Below, piece after piece: positions 52,005 to 64,000 of a stretch of 64,000 bases of DNA. This DNA is from Octopus vulgaris (Eukaryota). Within the stretch, counting starts at the first letter, position 1; each line of letters starts with the position of its first letter. Under the pieces are notes generated by a model. It saw nothing but the letters and a program-made list of their open reading frames with translations. It had not been told where the DNA came from and did no database searches. Position numbers and translations under genes: made by a program. The stretch is taken from contig OX597815.1 of NCBI GenBank assembly GCA_951406725.2, positions 148,800,001 through 148,864,000 on the forward strand, written 5' to 3'.

Positions 52005-53560
52005 AAAACTTAGATAAAACTTAGATATGTTTCGACCAGAGATTGGCCCAGGCCATGTCTAACTTAATAGCACCACCTGATAGGATTATTCCAATCCTGT
52101 TTAAGTCAAGTTTTGTTCAAGTAGTGAGTTCTTGTTGGGTGAGTTGTATCCAATTATGGGTGGCTTATCTGGTATTCTTTGAAGGAATCTATCCAGACTC
52201 TGTTTGAAGTTGATGGGATCCTTTTCCTCTTTGATCTCCCTCGGGACAATGTTAAATAGGGCAGGGCCTGTTGAGGAAAAGAAATTATGTTGCAGTGTAC
52301 ATGTATGTTGTGATCTTGAATTTGGCAGGGGACGTATAGCCCGTGGTCCAAGTCTCGGATGGACCTTGAATCTAATGTTTAGGTCGTTTGGGCAAAGTTG
52401 GCGGTATATTTTCCACATCGTACAAATGATGTACCGCTCACGGCGACGCTGGAGGGAGTAAAGTTTCAATGCTTTAAGGCGATCCCAATAATCGAGAGCA
52501 GCCATGCCTTCAATTTGTTTAGTGAGAGCCCTCTGGGGTGACTCAATTCTGGAGATGTTTTGTCTTGTGTGAGGAGACCACAGTGGGCAGCAGTATTCAA
52601 GGTGTGGCCGTACAAAGGAGGAAAAAAGTGGTATGATGACACCTTGTTCTCTGGACCGGAAAGTTCTTAAGATCCAGGAACTCATCCTACGAGCTATATC
52701 GACCTTCTTGTTGATGCGTGCACTCCAACTGAGATCGTCATCAACAATTACACCCAGGTCTCTGATATTGTAAGAGGCTGTGAGCGGTTCCTCTGACGGA
52801 AGAGAGTATGGTTGTTTTAGTGAGGAATTTCTTCCAAAATGCATCAGCTCAAATTTTCCCTCATTCAGTTGCATTTTGTTTCTGTCTGCCCATTGACTCA
52901 CAGCATATAGGTCAGACTGGAGTTGAGTTCGGTCTGCTTCTTCATTGACGATTTGCTGGAGCTTAGTGTCATCAGCGAATATTTTCACTTTGCAGTGATG
53001 TACGACACTGGAAAGGTCGTTTACATAAATTATGAAGAGTAGCGGACCCAAAACAGTTCCCTGGGGAACACCGCTGGTGACTTTTGCTGGGTTTGAGTGG
53101 ACTCCATCAACTACAACATGTTGTGTTCTATTCGCCAGGAAATACTGAATCCAGTGTAGAACTTTTCCACGGATTCCAACATTTGCCAATTTTGAGAGTA
53201 GGATGTTATGGTCTACCCTGTCGAACGCTTTACTGAAGTCAAGATATATGACGTCAGAGTTCGAACCTGTTCCCAAGGCTTTGAGTACATCTTCAATGTG
53301 GTGTAAGAGCTGTGTTAGACAGTCCCTGCCACAGCGAAAGCCATGCTGATTTGAATTTAGGAGTTTGTGGGTCTCCAGGAAGTCAGCTATCCTTGATCTT
53401 AACACTCTTTCAAACACCTTAATGATGTGGGAGGTGAGTGAGATTGGGCGATAGTTGACTGCGAGGGATCTGTTTCCCTGTTTGAAAACCGGGATGACCG
53501 ACTGGGATAGAAACTTTTTCGGTATATAACCTGCGTCTAACGAGTTTCTCCATATAATAT
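52005..53560 (-). mobile_element. Young 5'-truncated CR1/L2-group LINE
   Basis: Uninterrupted RT ORF, a short 3' UTR with the hairpin ggcca-atctc-tggtc and the tail (atctaagtttt)2. TA-rich flanks; no clear TSD. Confidence 0.95.
52101..53558 (-). CDS. LINE ORF2 reverse transcriptase (partial, ~485 aa; endonuclease missing)
   Basis: NYRPISLTSHIIKVFER, NQHGFR, VIYLDFSKAFDRVDH, SGVPQGTVLGPLLF, IFADDTKL, RDLGV and VRPHLEYCCPLWSP. The first ~125 aa of the listed 610-aa ORF are microsatellite read-through. Confidence 0.9.
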   Translation of the reverse strand: MIWRNSLDAGYIPKKFLSQSVIPVFKQGNRSLAVNYRPISLTSHIIKVFERVLRSRIADFLETHKLLNSNQHGFRCGRDCLTQLLHHIEDVLKALGTGSNSDVIYLDFSKAFDRVDHNILLSKLANVGIRGKVLHWIQYFLANRTQHVVVDGVHSNPAKVTSGVPQGTVLGPLLFIIYVNDLSSVVHHCKVKIFADDTKLQQIVNEEADRTQLQSDLYAVSQWADRNKMQLNEGKFELMHFGRNSSLKQPYSLPSEEPLTASYNIRDLGVIVDDDLSWSARINKKVDIARRMSSWILRTFRSREQGVIIPLFSSFVRPHLEYCCPLWSPHTRQNISRIESPQRALTKQIEGMAALDYWDRLKALKLYSLQRRRERYIICTMWKIYRQLCPNDLNIRFKVHPRLGPRAIRPLPNSRSQHTCTLQHNFFSSTGPALFNIVPREIKEEKDPINFKQSLDRFLQRIPDKPPIIGYNSPNKNSLLEQNLT

Positions 53561-53596
53561 TTATTATATTTATATATGTGTATATCCGTATACATC

Positions 53597-53680
<84 letters not shown>

Positions 53681-54280
53681 TAAGGGATGTATGTATACGT
53701 ATATACACATATATAAATATAATAAATATAAATATAGATAGATAGATAGAGAAATAGATAGATAGATAGATAGATAGGCAGGAAGGTAAGTAGGTAATTG
53801 ATAGACAAGTAGATAGACAGATAGATAGGTTGGTGGGTAAGTAGGTAGACAGGCATGTAGTTATGTAGTTAGGTAGGTAGGTAGATCGTGCATACATACA
53901 AATACATGGAGATATATATATACATGCATACAATACAAATATGAATAAAAGTATATAGACAATAAGGATGGCGTTGCTTTTGGTGTTGCTGACACAAAAT
54001 ATAAAGAATTTATATAAATCTGCAATTTTCTTTTAAACCATATGAAATATATAACAGTTACTAATAGGTTTGATCCAACAATGCCCTTTGTAAAATATTT
54101 TCCATCTAAAATGTTAGTCAATAAATATTATATTTCACATCGCAAATTTTTGCAACACGAATATTGATTTCAGCCGAGCCTTGAGACATCTCGCAGTTAT
54201 TATTGTTTTTTCAATACGTATTTTCTTTTACGCATTTTACTATCGCTCACAAAGCTTACGTTCATCTCTCTATAAAAGAA

Positions 54281-54312
54281 ACTGCTGCTGCTGCTACTGC
54301 TGCTACTACTAT

Positions 54313-54375
<63 letters not shown>

Positions 54376-54524
54376 CATTACTACTGCTGCTGCTGCTGGT
54401 GATGATGACGATGAGGATGATGATGATGCTATTACTGCTACTATTCGTACTACTAATAATAATACCAACAACAACAAAAACAACAACAACATCAACAAAA
54501 ACATCAACAACGACATCAATAATG

Positions 54525-54588
<64 letters not shown>

Positions 54589-54668
54589 CAACAACAATAG
54601 TAGTAAAAAGAAGCAGAAGGAGAAGAAGAGGACGGGGAGGAAGAAGAAGCAAAAGGAGAAAAGAAGAG
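54281..54668. repeat. Long compound trinucleotide microsatellite
   Basis: (CTG)(CTA)(CTG)(GAT)(CAA)(TAA)(CAA)(GAA) blocks. Confidence 0.95.
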
Positions 54669-54699
54669 TCGAGATGTATAAAATTTGTTGAGAAAGGCA

Positions 54700-56220
54700 A
54701 CAACAGAAGGCATAATATAGACAATATCCTGTCCGTAACCCTGGTAAATGTAGAGGTTTAAATTTTAACCAAGGCGTTGGCAAAGAGTTCATTGCTTTTC
54801 GTGGGCAGTTTGATAACAAAAGCTCATAGGTTTGCGATCTCTAATAGATCCATAAACTATAACATCCACCCCATGCGTTACATCATATAAGAAATGGATA
54901 GCAAATCTGGTATCGGTATCGATAAGATCTTTGGATCAGTTGAAATCCTTTGATATGATCGACCATCTGTACTTGGCACTAGTTCTGAATGCAGACTTTT
55001 TCGAACCCGTTTTCAATGGCTAGATCGCAGCTATGCATACTGGTGCTTGCTTAGTAGTAAGAATATGCGGCCTCCTCACAGAGCTGTTTCATATAAGTCA
55101 AGAGTATCATTCTCGCCCCTTCTATACTATCTGGTGCTCGAGCCTTTGCTGCAGATGCTAGAACTATTGATGGGCACCCTTCTCGAACTGGTATTCGCGG
55201 ATGGCATCACGATCATAGTGTCAGAAACCGCGGAAGTTCACTTCATTTTAAAGAATTACGAGGCGATGGCAGGAACTAGAACGGGAAGATTATGTTTACG
55301 AACAGCATATTAAGTCCATAGACATATGGATCAATGAATTGCTCTGTTTGGCTCTGACCTCCAGGTGGAAAAGAACTTGAATGACGTTATAAGCATGGTG
55401 GTCAGTCAGTCAGAAATAGACTGAGTGGAAATTATTCCTGAAAGGCTGAGCAGAGATGACAAATGCGCACATGTCTTGTTTAATAACTTATCACATGGCC
55501 GTTGTACTTTGTTCCAGTTCACATTTGCCAGGAAAGGTGCATTAACTGTCCCTCTTTCTGCGAAAAGGATGCCTTCCAATTATCAGGTCCGTCTGTTGCC
55601 CGCACACTCTGAATGTCGGTCTGGCATGTCATGGCTACTAATGCACAGATTCACGTCACGGCTACGTCTCAAACAGATTTCAAGGATGTTGAGCTGATGT
55701 GGTCTCTGTTTACCACGGTTTTCACGGAGTTGCAACACTGGGTCAAGGAAAGAACAAGATTAGGCACTCGGCATCTGGAATATCGTCATGCGCTGTGAGT
55801 CGGGCAATATGCTCAGTGTAGGTACTATGGTAGCAATATACAGGAGTATAGTGTCGGGTAAGTTCGATGATGTCCTCATCGAAATTCTAGACATCAAAGA
55901 AGCTAGTCTATATCGGAGGGATTTCGGCTCCGGTACTACCATAGATAACTTCCAAAAATCACTCTCTCTGTCAGTATTATGCGACGAAACAGGTTTGCCT
56001 GCGTACGTGCAGTGTTCGAGTTTTGCTTGTGGTGAAATGTTGAACATCCATTATCGCATGTGCGCCGATTCCGGCTATCGTTCGAATCTATTGTGAAGAA
56101 CGTTCACCACTCATTTTTAACGAAGCAAGTTTGGCAGTGTTCCTGTCTGTTGTCTATAACAGAAGAGGTAATACGGTGGACGAGGCTGAAAAGATAGAGG
56201 AAAGACACCTTTCTTCTCGG
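54700..56220 (+). mobile_element. Decayed L1/Tx1-like LINE RT region
   Basis: NILSVTLVNVEV.ILTKALAK...NRSINYNIH.MRYII...LDQLKSFDMIDHLYL...SPLLYYLVLEPLL...FADGITI. Confidence 0.75.
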
Positions 56221-56239
56221 TAAAGTTCTCATGAACCTG

Positions 56240-56520
56240 TCATGCTGTTCGTAGGCATAATCTTCCCTCTCCAGTTCTTGCCATCACCTCATATTTCTTT
56301 AAAATGGATTGGATTAAGAGAACTTCCACAGTTTCTGACACCATGACTGTGATGTCATCCACGCACACGAACGCAGCTCTGCCGCATTCCATTTCGAGGA
56401 GGGTGCCCATCAATATCTCTAGCATCTACAGTAAAGGCTCGAGCACCAGAAAGTATAGAAGGGACGAGAGATTATACCCTTGACAGATCGAGAGTGAGAT
56501 AAGAAACGGCTCTGACAGGA
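56240..56520 (-). mobile_element. Inverted copy of the Tx1-like RT core (homologous to ~55070-55310)
   Basis: MLEILMGTLLE...VDDITVMVSET.EV...ILKKYEVMARTGEGRLCLRTA versus MLELLMGTLLE...ADGITIIVSETAEV..ILKNYEAMAGTRTGRLCLRTA. Confidence 0.85.
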
Positions 56521-56529
56521 GCAAACTGG

Positions 56530-56836
56530 GGTTGGAAAAGGAAGAACTACAGCCCACGTAATTTGAGATACGATGGGTGGTGTGGCAAAAAGGTTTGGAG
56601 TAAATGGCCCTATTCTTAAGTATTTGCCTGTAGATCGGTCATGGTAATCCTGGAAGTGGGGTTCCTTGATTGACCTTAGTTGAAGTCCTCCTGTATATTA
56701 GGTATTCTGTTTTTGTATCTCACTGTCCTTTCCACTTATTTGTCCTCATCCTTAAGGTAAATGCCCTCAGAAATTGCTGTCTGCTTTTATGATGTTTCCC
56801 CTTATCAGTGCCCCTTTGGGTAATAAAAGAAATATA
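56530..56836 (+). mobile_element. Probable Tx1-like LINE 3' end
   Basis: A FEIRW remnant, a pyrimidine-rich UTR and the terminus gcccctttgggtaataaaagaaat. Confidence 0.5.
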
Positions 56837-57039
56837 AAGACTAACAATAACAACAGCTGCTACTACGAACCCCACCATTTTGTGTTCGTATTCCGTTTTT
56901 TAATGTTGACCTCAATCTCATGTACCTTTGTGGTCAATGAAAGTAATCCTCCTCCTCATCGTCGTCGTCTTTGTCGTAGTGTCGTCATTGTTATTGTTGC
57001 TATTGATGCTGTCATTGTTGTTGATGTTGCTATTCGAAT

Positions 57040-57800
57040 AATCTTGAATTTTGTGTACAAGTCTGTTCGAATCTCAAATGATGTTCGTCCAAAATATACG
57101 AAGGAATACAGGATGACATGCTGTTAGGCAATGGAAATCTCATTTCTAATATACGTCAGCCTCTTAACTAGCAATCTGACTATTTTGCCAACTTCATAAA
57201 TTATCAGAGGTCAATTGTCCGTTTTCCACATCTTCATTTCTCTGGTTGATTATTATATGTTATTTGACATCGATGTTCATAGATTGTTCGTTATTGTTCT
57301 CGTATGGATGTCTGTGAATAATTATGTCCTCTAATTGCATCAATATGTTCGGTCATTTTAATAGCTTGTTCCTGAGCAGCTATAATTAGAGAATCACTTA
57401 TCGTTTCAATTCCCCAGCCATCACCCATAACCAGTTTTCTTTACTTCCAACATTGCCTTTGTTGCATAAATTGGTATAAATTCTCCATTTCCAGCTACCG
57501 TATTTGTTGGTATTCCCACTCTTCTTGAATCTCCCCACTGTTTCAGTGACTAAATGCAGACATTATTCTATCTATACCGCGCAGAATATTGTTTTTCAAA
57601 CCCAGTATAGTAATACTAATAGTAGCTCCTGTGTTTCACAAACCGCTATTTCTTTTTATTCTTTCCGCAGGTTGAGTATGTCGATATTATTTTGGAGTTG
57701 TGCGCACCGTGCATTGCGAGCAGCATCCGATTTCTGCTCCCCGAATACCTGTATCTCTGCTGGTATGTCTACTTTAGAAAACGAAGGGGATATCTCAACA
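57040..57800 (-). mobile_element. Decayed R4/Dong-like fragment
   Basis: SRNRMLLAMHGAHNSK followed by a decayed D.L.L.RKE segment, the same region as RLYLPRKEGG. Confidence 0.55.
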
Positions 57801-57838
57801 CTGGCATGACGCACTCACACACACTCGCGCACACACGC

Positions 57839-57869
<31 letters not shown>

Positions 57870-57950
57870 ATGTGTACGTAGTTTGCATTATGGATGTCTG
57901 TGAATAATTATCTCATCTAATTGCATCAAAATTATACACACGCACACACC

Positions 57951-58009
<59 letters not shown>

Positions 58010-58442
58010 AAATATGGAGATTGGGAAGTTAATAATTGATTATTATTAACAGCCGATTAATCATAATCCCTTACATTTATTCCTTATGCTGAGATATAAA
58101 TTTAATACTTACTTAATATTTTCTGAGAATTTATTGAAACAGCTGTAAGGGAAGATGATTACTTTACTGTTAATAATAAACAATTATTGTCTTCTCAATC
58201 TTCATTTACTTTTTCTTCTTTTATATGAAAATAAACAATGTTGGTATACGTATACCTAAGGAAATTAATTAATTAAAAAACTAGGTAGTGAACAAGTATT
58301 TCCTTGGATGAACCCATCCCTTTATGAGGTTAACACAACCTTTAATCGAAGTATATATATATATATATATATATATATTATGTTTTGCGTTCAAGTACAT
58401 TTTGGGTATTCCTTTATGTATGTATATATGTATATATATGTA

Positions 58443-58508
<66 letters not shown>

Positions 58509-59272
58509 CATAAAGGAATACCCAAAATGGTACAAGAAACTCAAAACATCCACATAGACGATGCAAAAACACACAAGGAGGTGTCATGCGCAGTTTTCTT
58601 TCTGCAGTCGAATTCTAGATTATATTTGCAATTTCGAGATATCTACAATCTGGCCATAGCACAAGAACAAATAAGCTAAGATCACTAGATTCCTTGGAAG
58701 AAAGCAGCGAATGTATATGAAAAGAAGTTCGGAAAAAACGGAGAATGGTACACATGTACAAATCCAGATAAAGGACATTAACAACAAGTGTCTTTCGACA
58801 AAGGAGAAATTAAATTAATCTGTTGTGTGTAGAAGTGAAGCCTTACGGCAGAGACATAGGATATATCAGGTATATGGAGGAATATAGATGTTGCACGGAT
58901 GGTAGTCCAAGCAAGAAAGAAAGATCAGGCTTGGCCGAACACCGGTCACGTAGAGAGAGAAGAGAGAGAGGTAGTGAGAGGTATACGCAGTGCATATATG
59001 GTATAGGGTAAGTTTTGGTTGGTTGTGAAGTTGGGGTATTTCCAGCGAAGCACTCGACCCGAATATTGGGCTATCAAAACTGTCGGGATCGATGCCAAAG
59101 CCAGACTACTTCAGGTGTAGAAAATCCAAATTTCACGACGATAATAGCGTGATATAGCTTAGGCGTAGTGTAAATAATCCAGTAATAAGACTAAGAAAAT
59201 TCTTTGGCACATTTTATCTTATAATTAATTATATGTTAAAGAATTTTCTTCGTCTCCTTCTCTGCAAAAGAT

Positions 59273-59303
<31 letters not shown>

Positions 59304-59349
59304 CACACATACACTAACGCAGAGCACATAACTCTTCTTATATGAATAA

Positions 59350-60200
59350 GCGTGCGTGTGTACCATCATTCGGTGGATATATCATATTACACATATTTCA
59401 CGTTAAGCCTTCCAAAGACTTTATTACTACAAAGTGGAATCATACTGCTTTTTCGTATTATTTTTTCTAAATTTCTAATCTTAACTTTGAACCTTTTCCA
59501 CATCATTTTTGGTGACGCAGATTATATTATTTTCATCGTAACGTTGCTCTTATCATTGTACTGCCATGGTTTAATCCAGCAAACATGTTACCATCAATTT
59601 ACTTTCCTAACAATCAACCAACCCTTCTTTGCTTCTGCGCAGTTAATGTTTCCTCAGTTATACTGTTCTGTACCTCTATATGTCTTACAATCTTTGTGCC
59701 TGCTTTTATTTTACCCCTGTCTATGTTACGTAGAATGTCACCCAAGTGTCGGGGACCAAATTGTTTTCTTGACCTTTTTAATGTCGTCATCATTATTTTG
59801 GCTGTTCTTTTTAGACATGCTATTGTTTAAACTTGATTCCTTCATGTCTATTTGCGAGATTATCAACTGTACACAAATTACGATGTATCCGTACAAGTTT
59901 TATTACTAGACGTATAATTATTTTGTCTAGTTTTTCGTTTTCAAAATGGCGATGTGTGATGTGTGCGAATCCAGCTGCAATTTTTAGCAAGTCAACTGAG
60001 AACGTAGAGGTTCCTTTCTTTTTGTACCATATTATTGTACAGGATAATAACATGAATTATTTTCAGAACAGCAAATGGGAAATTTCTCCACACAAATTGT
60101 TTGTTATTTGATAAAGTAACAACATCCGTAAGGATCCTACCATTATATTGAAATACATTTGAATATAGAACGATTTCACTGAAATTCTCACCATCCTTTA
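59350..60200 (-). mobile_element. Decayed Penelope-like RT/endonuclease relic
   Basis: NVFQYNG, KKGT...AAGFAHI...FE, LANRHEGIKF and IICVTKN remnants appear in Penelope order. Confidence 0.55.
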
Positions 60201-60886
60201 ACAAAATATATATTTCTATATTTTTTTTACCTCTGCATCAATATTTTGTTTGTTGTAGATTTGTTTATTCAAGATTATTATAGTTTTAACTGAATTATTT
60301 TTTTCCATAATATTTTGGCACGCTATAACATATGGTTTCAGCCAAGTTCGAGAAAAGCCATCCAAGCTAAAAGAATATTTTGATTTATTCACTGATTTTA
60401 TGCCAAATATATTTTGAAGGAGACACTTTCATAAATAAATAAAATAAAATAAAATTGTAAAACTGAAATGCTTCCAAAAGTACACTTCAGAATCACTCGG
60501 AGAGAGCCAGGTAGTTTCCATTTATATTCATTTTACTTGTTTTCTTCTTTCTATTTCTTTCGATGGTTTTACTTTTATTTTTTTTTCCATTTCATTTCCT
60601 TATGCAATAACTTTATCTAAGAAACGGTGGTAGTGAGTCGATTTAGACTTTTCTGCTATTAATGTGGGATTTTCACAGATGTCCACGCTGCTAAACGTTT
60701 TACAAGCGATGTAACTTATAAATGTTTCAGTACGTTTTATGATGTGAATTTCCTTCTTTCTTGTAATATAAATGAGAATACTACTTAATAAGCAAAAGCA
60801 AATACCGACCTATTTATGGGCACATACTGCCATATATCTCGGTTGATTCATATCCGTATGTGCACGCGCGTAGACACGCACACACA

Positions 60887-61186
60887 GGCATAGGTACACG
60901 TTTGGCTATGTGATAAGAAGCTTACTTCCAACAAAATGATTCCGCTTTCAGTCCCGATGTATTATATGTTTGTCAAGTGTCTAATGCTATTGCTTCGGAC
61001 CAATCACAACCTTCTACTTGGATGTGTCAGATGGGAACTGTAAAGTGCCCAAAGATACCTGAAATAAGTACTAGACTTTTAAAAAGATAAGTGCAGCGTT
61101 CGATTTCTTTCGGATAAAAATGTCCCAATGTCGTGCCTCAGCATGACCGCAACCTAATGACTGACACATCTAAAAGATTAAAGATA
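60887..61186 (+). mobile_element. SINE family A, decayed and internally deleted
   Basis: tggctatgtgataagaagcttactt...cagtccc...aataagtactag...cagcatgaccgcaacctaatgactgacac. Confidence 0.7.
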
Positions 61187-61195
61187 TATGCATTC

Positions 61196-61250
<55 letters not shown>

Positions 61251-62084
61251 TGTATGTGTGTTTGTGTGTGTGGATCAAAATAGTTAGGTTCCAATTCGTT
61301 GGTACTTTTGAGTTTCAAGCGTGATGCTAGTCGTCAGGCGGTGTCGTAGTTTGATATTGGTAAATTGGTAAAGGTCATTTGAAAAATACTGCCTGGCAAG
61401 CAGGAAATCAACCGCATGGTGGACAGGAAATCAGTCAGGTTGTTGAAGCGGGTGTAGGAAGGGGTGGTATGTGCAAGTATATGGTTGTATATGTGCATTT
61501 ATAGATGCGGTCATATGTAAATATGCACCCACACTACCTCTGACCCCAATCTGCAACTGCCAAAACAACACCATATGCCCTATAGAAGGATCTGCCTCTC
61601 AATAGCCGTAGTATAGAGAGCTACTCTTCCACCATCCGATGGCATTACTAGGAACTATACGGGTAAGACATCTAATGACTTTAAGTTAAAATACTCCCAG
61701 CATATGTATTTGTTCAGATCCTAGGGAAGAGAGAGCTATACTTCCCCGTCTCGTTTTCTCTGGTGACTCTGTAACATCCGACACGAAACACCCAGTGGAC
61801 TATTTTCGATAGAGCGCCCCACATTTAACCGGTGCCCACTACTGCTAGCTCAGCCCCCGCGAAAAAGTGAATATCCTCCAACAACCGCAGTATCTATGAA
61901 CAAGAAACATGATTTATCTTATTGCTTTCACCAGAGGTATTCACTTCTAGCAAATTTTAGGGCCCTGACTGTTGATAATCCCAATATAGATATACCCTCT
62001 TTGTACCAGCTGCTCCTCTGCACCGCCTGTACCCAGGTCACTACCACTTAGCAACCCCATGGGCAGTACCTCTAATTACAAATT

Positions 62085-62392
62085 ACCAATGCTCACCAAT
62101 CCATAACACATAAAAACACTGCAACACAGTTTGTTTTCTGCAACAGGCCCTGCCCTATTTAGCATTGTCCCGAAAGAGATCAAATAGGGAAAGAATAGCA
62201 TTACGCTTAAATGGAATTCGGACAAATTTCTTCAAAGAAGACAAGGTATCCACATATATCTGGATACAACTCACTTAATAAGAACTCTCTACTCCAATGG
62301 ACTCTGATATCACAAAACTTGATATCAGATTGTGCAGTTAAGTTAGACAAGACCTGGAGAAATCTTTGGCCGTTCTATATATCTCAATTTTT
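62085..62392 (+). mobile_element. Older 3' fragment of the same LINE family as 52005-53560
   Basis: TLQHSLFSATGPALFSIVPKEIK...GYNSLNKNSLLQ, plus the 3' UTR ttaagttagacaagacctgg. Confidence 0.85.
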
Positions 62393-62646
62393 AGTTGCCT
62401 GTATGTTTTTTAACTTCTGTGTTATTTTTTTATATATGCATTCGTTATATGTTAAAGGCTATGGTAATATTTATATATAATCAAATGATTGTAGGCGTGA
62501 TGTTATATAAAGTCGTTCATTATAGAAGTGCTTAGTAGGGGTTATTTCTCTTAAATATATACATATATATATTGTGAAATCTGATTTAGAATTGCTAAAA
62601 TGAATTTTTCCCGGTAAGTTTGGAATTATATTCCCTACTGTTATGA

Positions 62647-62708
<62 letters not shown>

Positions 62709-63263
62709 TATATAAATGCATACAAAGAAACTCGGGCACATGCACACACATATATACTTGCATGCATATACTCACATACACATATATTTATGCTGCTGAG
62801 CATGTGAGCATCTTACGTTAATTGTTTTTTCTCGCATGATAAAAGAGATTTATTCTCACCAATCATTATCAATTTTGAGTTTTGGTACTGATACCAATAT
62901 TCTCAGTGCAGAAAATATGTTTTGCATCGTGTTGAAGTAAATTTACCGTCTTATAATTTACTTCCCAATGCAAATTTTCAACAATTAAATCGTTTTAGAA
63001 AATCAACTGGAACTCTTGCTGTGACTTATGGAGGAAATATAAAAATTCCATTAATTGTCCTAATTAAACTATTTTGTATATGCACACGTGTGTGTGCGAG
63101 CCCGCGTCTCTGTCTCTGTGTGTATGTATGTATTCCGTAGATTGTGGTCATTAGGTCGTCCCATGTGTGCACGCGGATGAGGGTAGCGGTTTGAAATTAT
63201 GATATTATGTGCATATAATTAATGGATCTCTTACTTCTGAAACATATGTTACGCCTTGTTACG

Positions 63264-63317
<54 letters not shown>

Positions 63318-64000
63318 TAGCAATATTATACACACACGCGTCTTTGCTAGTATATAGGCAGTGAAGCTATACAATAGCGTCGTATTTATTACGATTGCTA
63401 TTTTCCAGTAAATATTGGTGCCTTGTTGTACCATTTATCTACTTATATATATATATATAAGCATATGTAAACACTATCGCCCGCACAAACTCAACATATA
63501 AGTTCTATTTCTTCACCGATTCGCTGTTTACATGTTTTTAGGGAGGATTCCATTGTAGCGGAGGCCATTAAAACACCTAAACGTGAGGATCGATGATATC
63601 GATATTTCCCCATTTTTGTGGCTTATCGACATCAGGTATATTAACCGAACCTGGGTGTTAGAAAATTGCCAATTTTGACTGTATATAAATAGTCTAAACA
63701 CTCAGACTACATGAGAGCCTATATTAGAAGGGATTAGAATTATTATTGTAGTTTCATTTGCTATTGCTGTTTTTGTTATTGTTGTTCTTGTTGTCGCCGT
63801 CGTTGTTTTTAGTCTTATTTGTATTTGTATAAAAACGTCATAAAACGATGTCCCGCAGATACAAACCTGCGCTTACAGAGATTGTCACATTGATCACAAG
63901 TCACATATCACATATTCTTTCGACTGTGTTAATTGAATTTCTCCTATTTTGTCTTATTTGAAATCATGTATGCGAATATATATTTATGAATATGGATACT

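Noticed and set aside
53559-53933. N-terminal ~125 aa of the 610-aa ORF as a real fusion domain
   Set aside because: It is (TA)n/(TATC)n read-through (IYIY, LSIY), upstream of the LINE truncation point.
54181-54819. Poly-T/N/I/L/S ORFs of 120-185 aa
   Set aside because: Trinucleotide microsatellites leave several frames open on both strands; there is no coding signal.
59352-59909. 185-aa + strand ORF
   Set aside because: It is antisense to a Penelope-like relic and has no recognisable domain.

Overview
An AT-rich eukaryotic, probably intergenic or intronic, window with many microsatellites ((TA)n, (CA)n, (GATA)n, (TAA)n, (TAG)n). The tRNA-derived SINE families with a central microsatellite and the overall repeat spectrum suggest an octopod cephalopod (Octopus-like); this comes from recognising the repeats, not from a search. 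No host gene could be established. The only long real ORF is a young, 5'-truncated CR1/L2-group LINE reverse transcriptase (about 52005-53560, minus strand). The rest is mostly decayed mobile DNA: R4/Dong-like RLE retrotransposons beside (TAA)n tracts, Tx1-like and Penelope-like relics (some with minimal hammerhead-like motifs), mariner and Tc1/maT relics, a hAT-like MITE, a Helitron and several fold-back elements. The most notable structures are a 789-bp palindromic Merlin-like element with TTAGGG-type repeats and an 8-bp target-site duplication (TSD) inside an R4/Dong ORF, a hairpin made from two mariner 3' ends, and SINE tails that resemble the 3' ends of local LINEs. I found no convincing new biological system. 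Boundaries of decayed elements are approximate.
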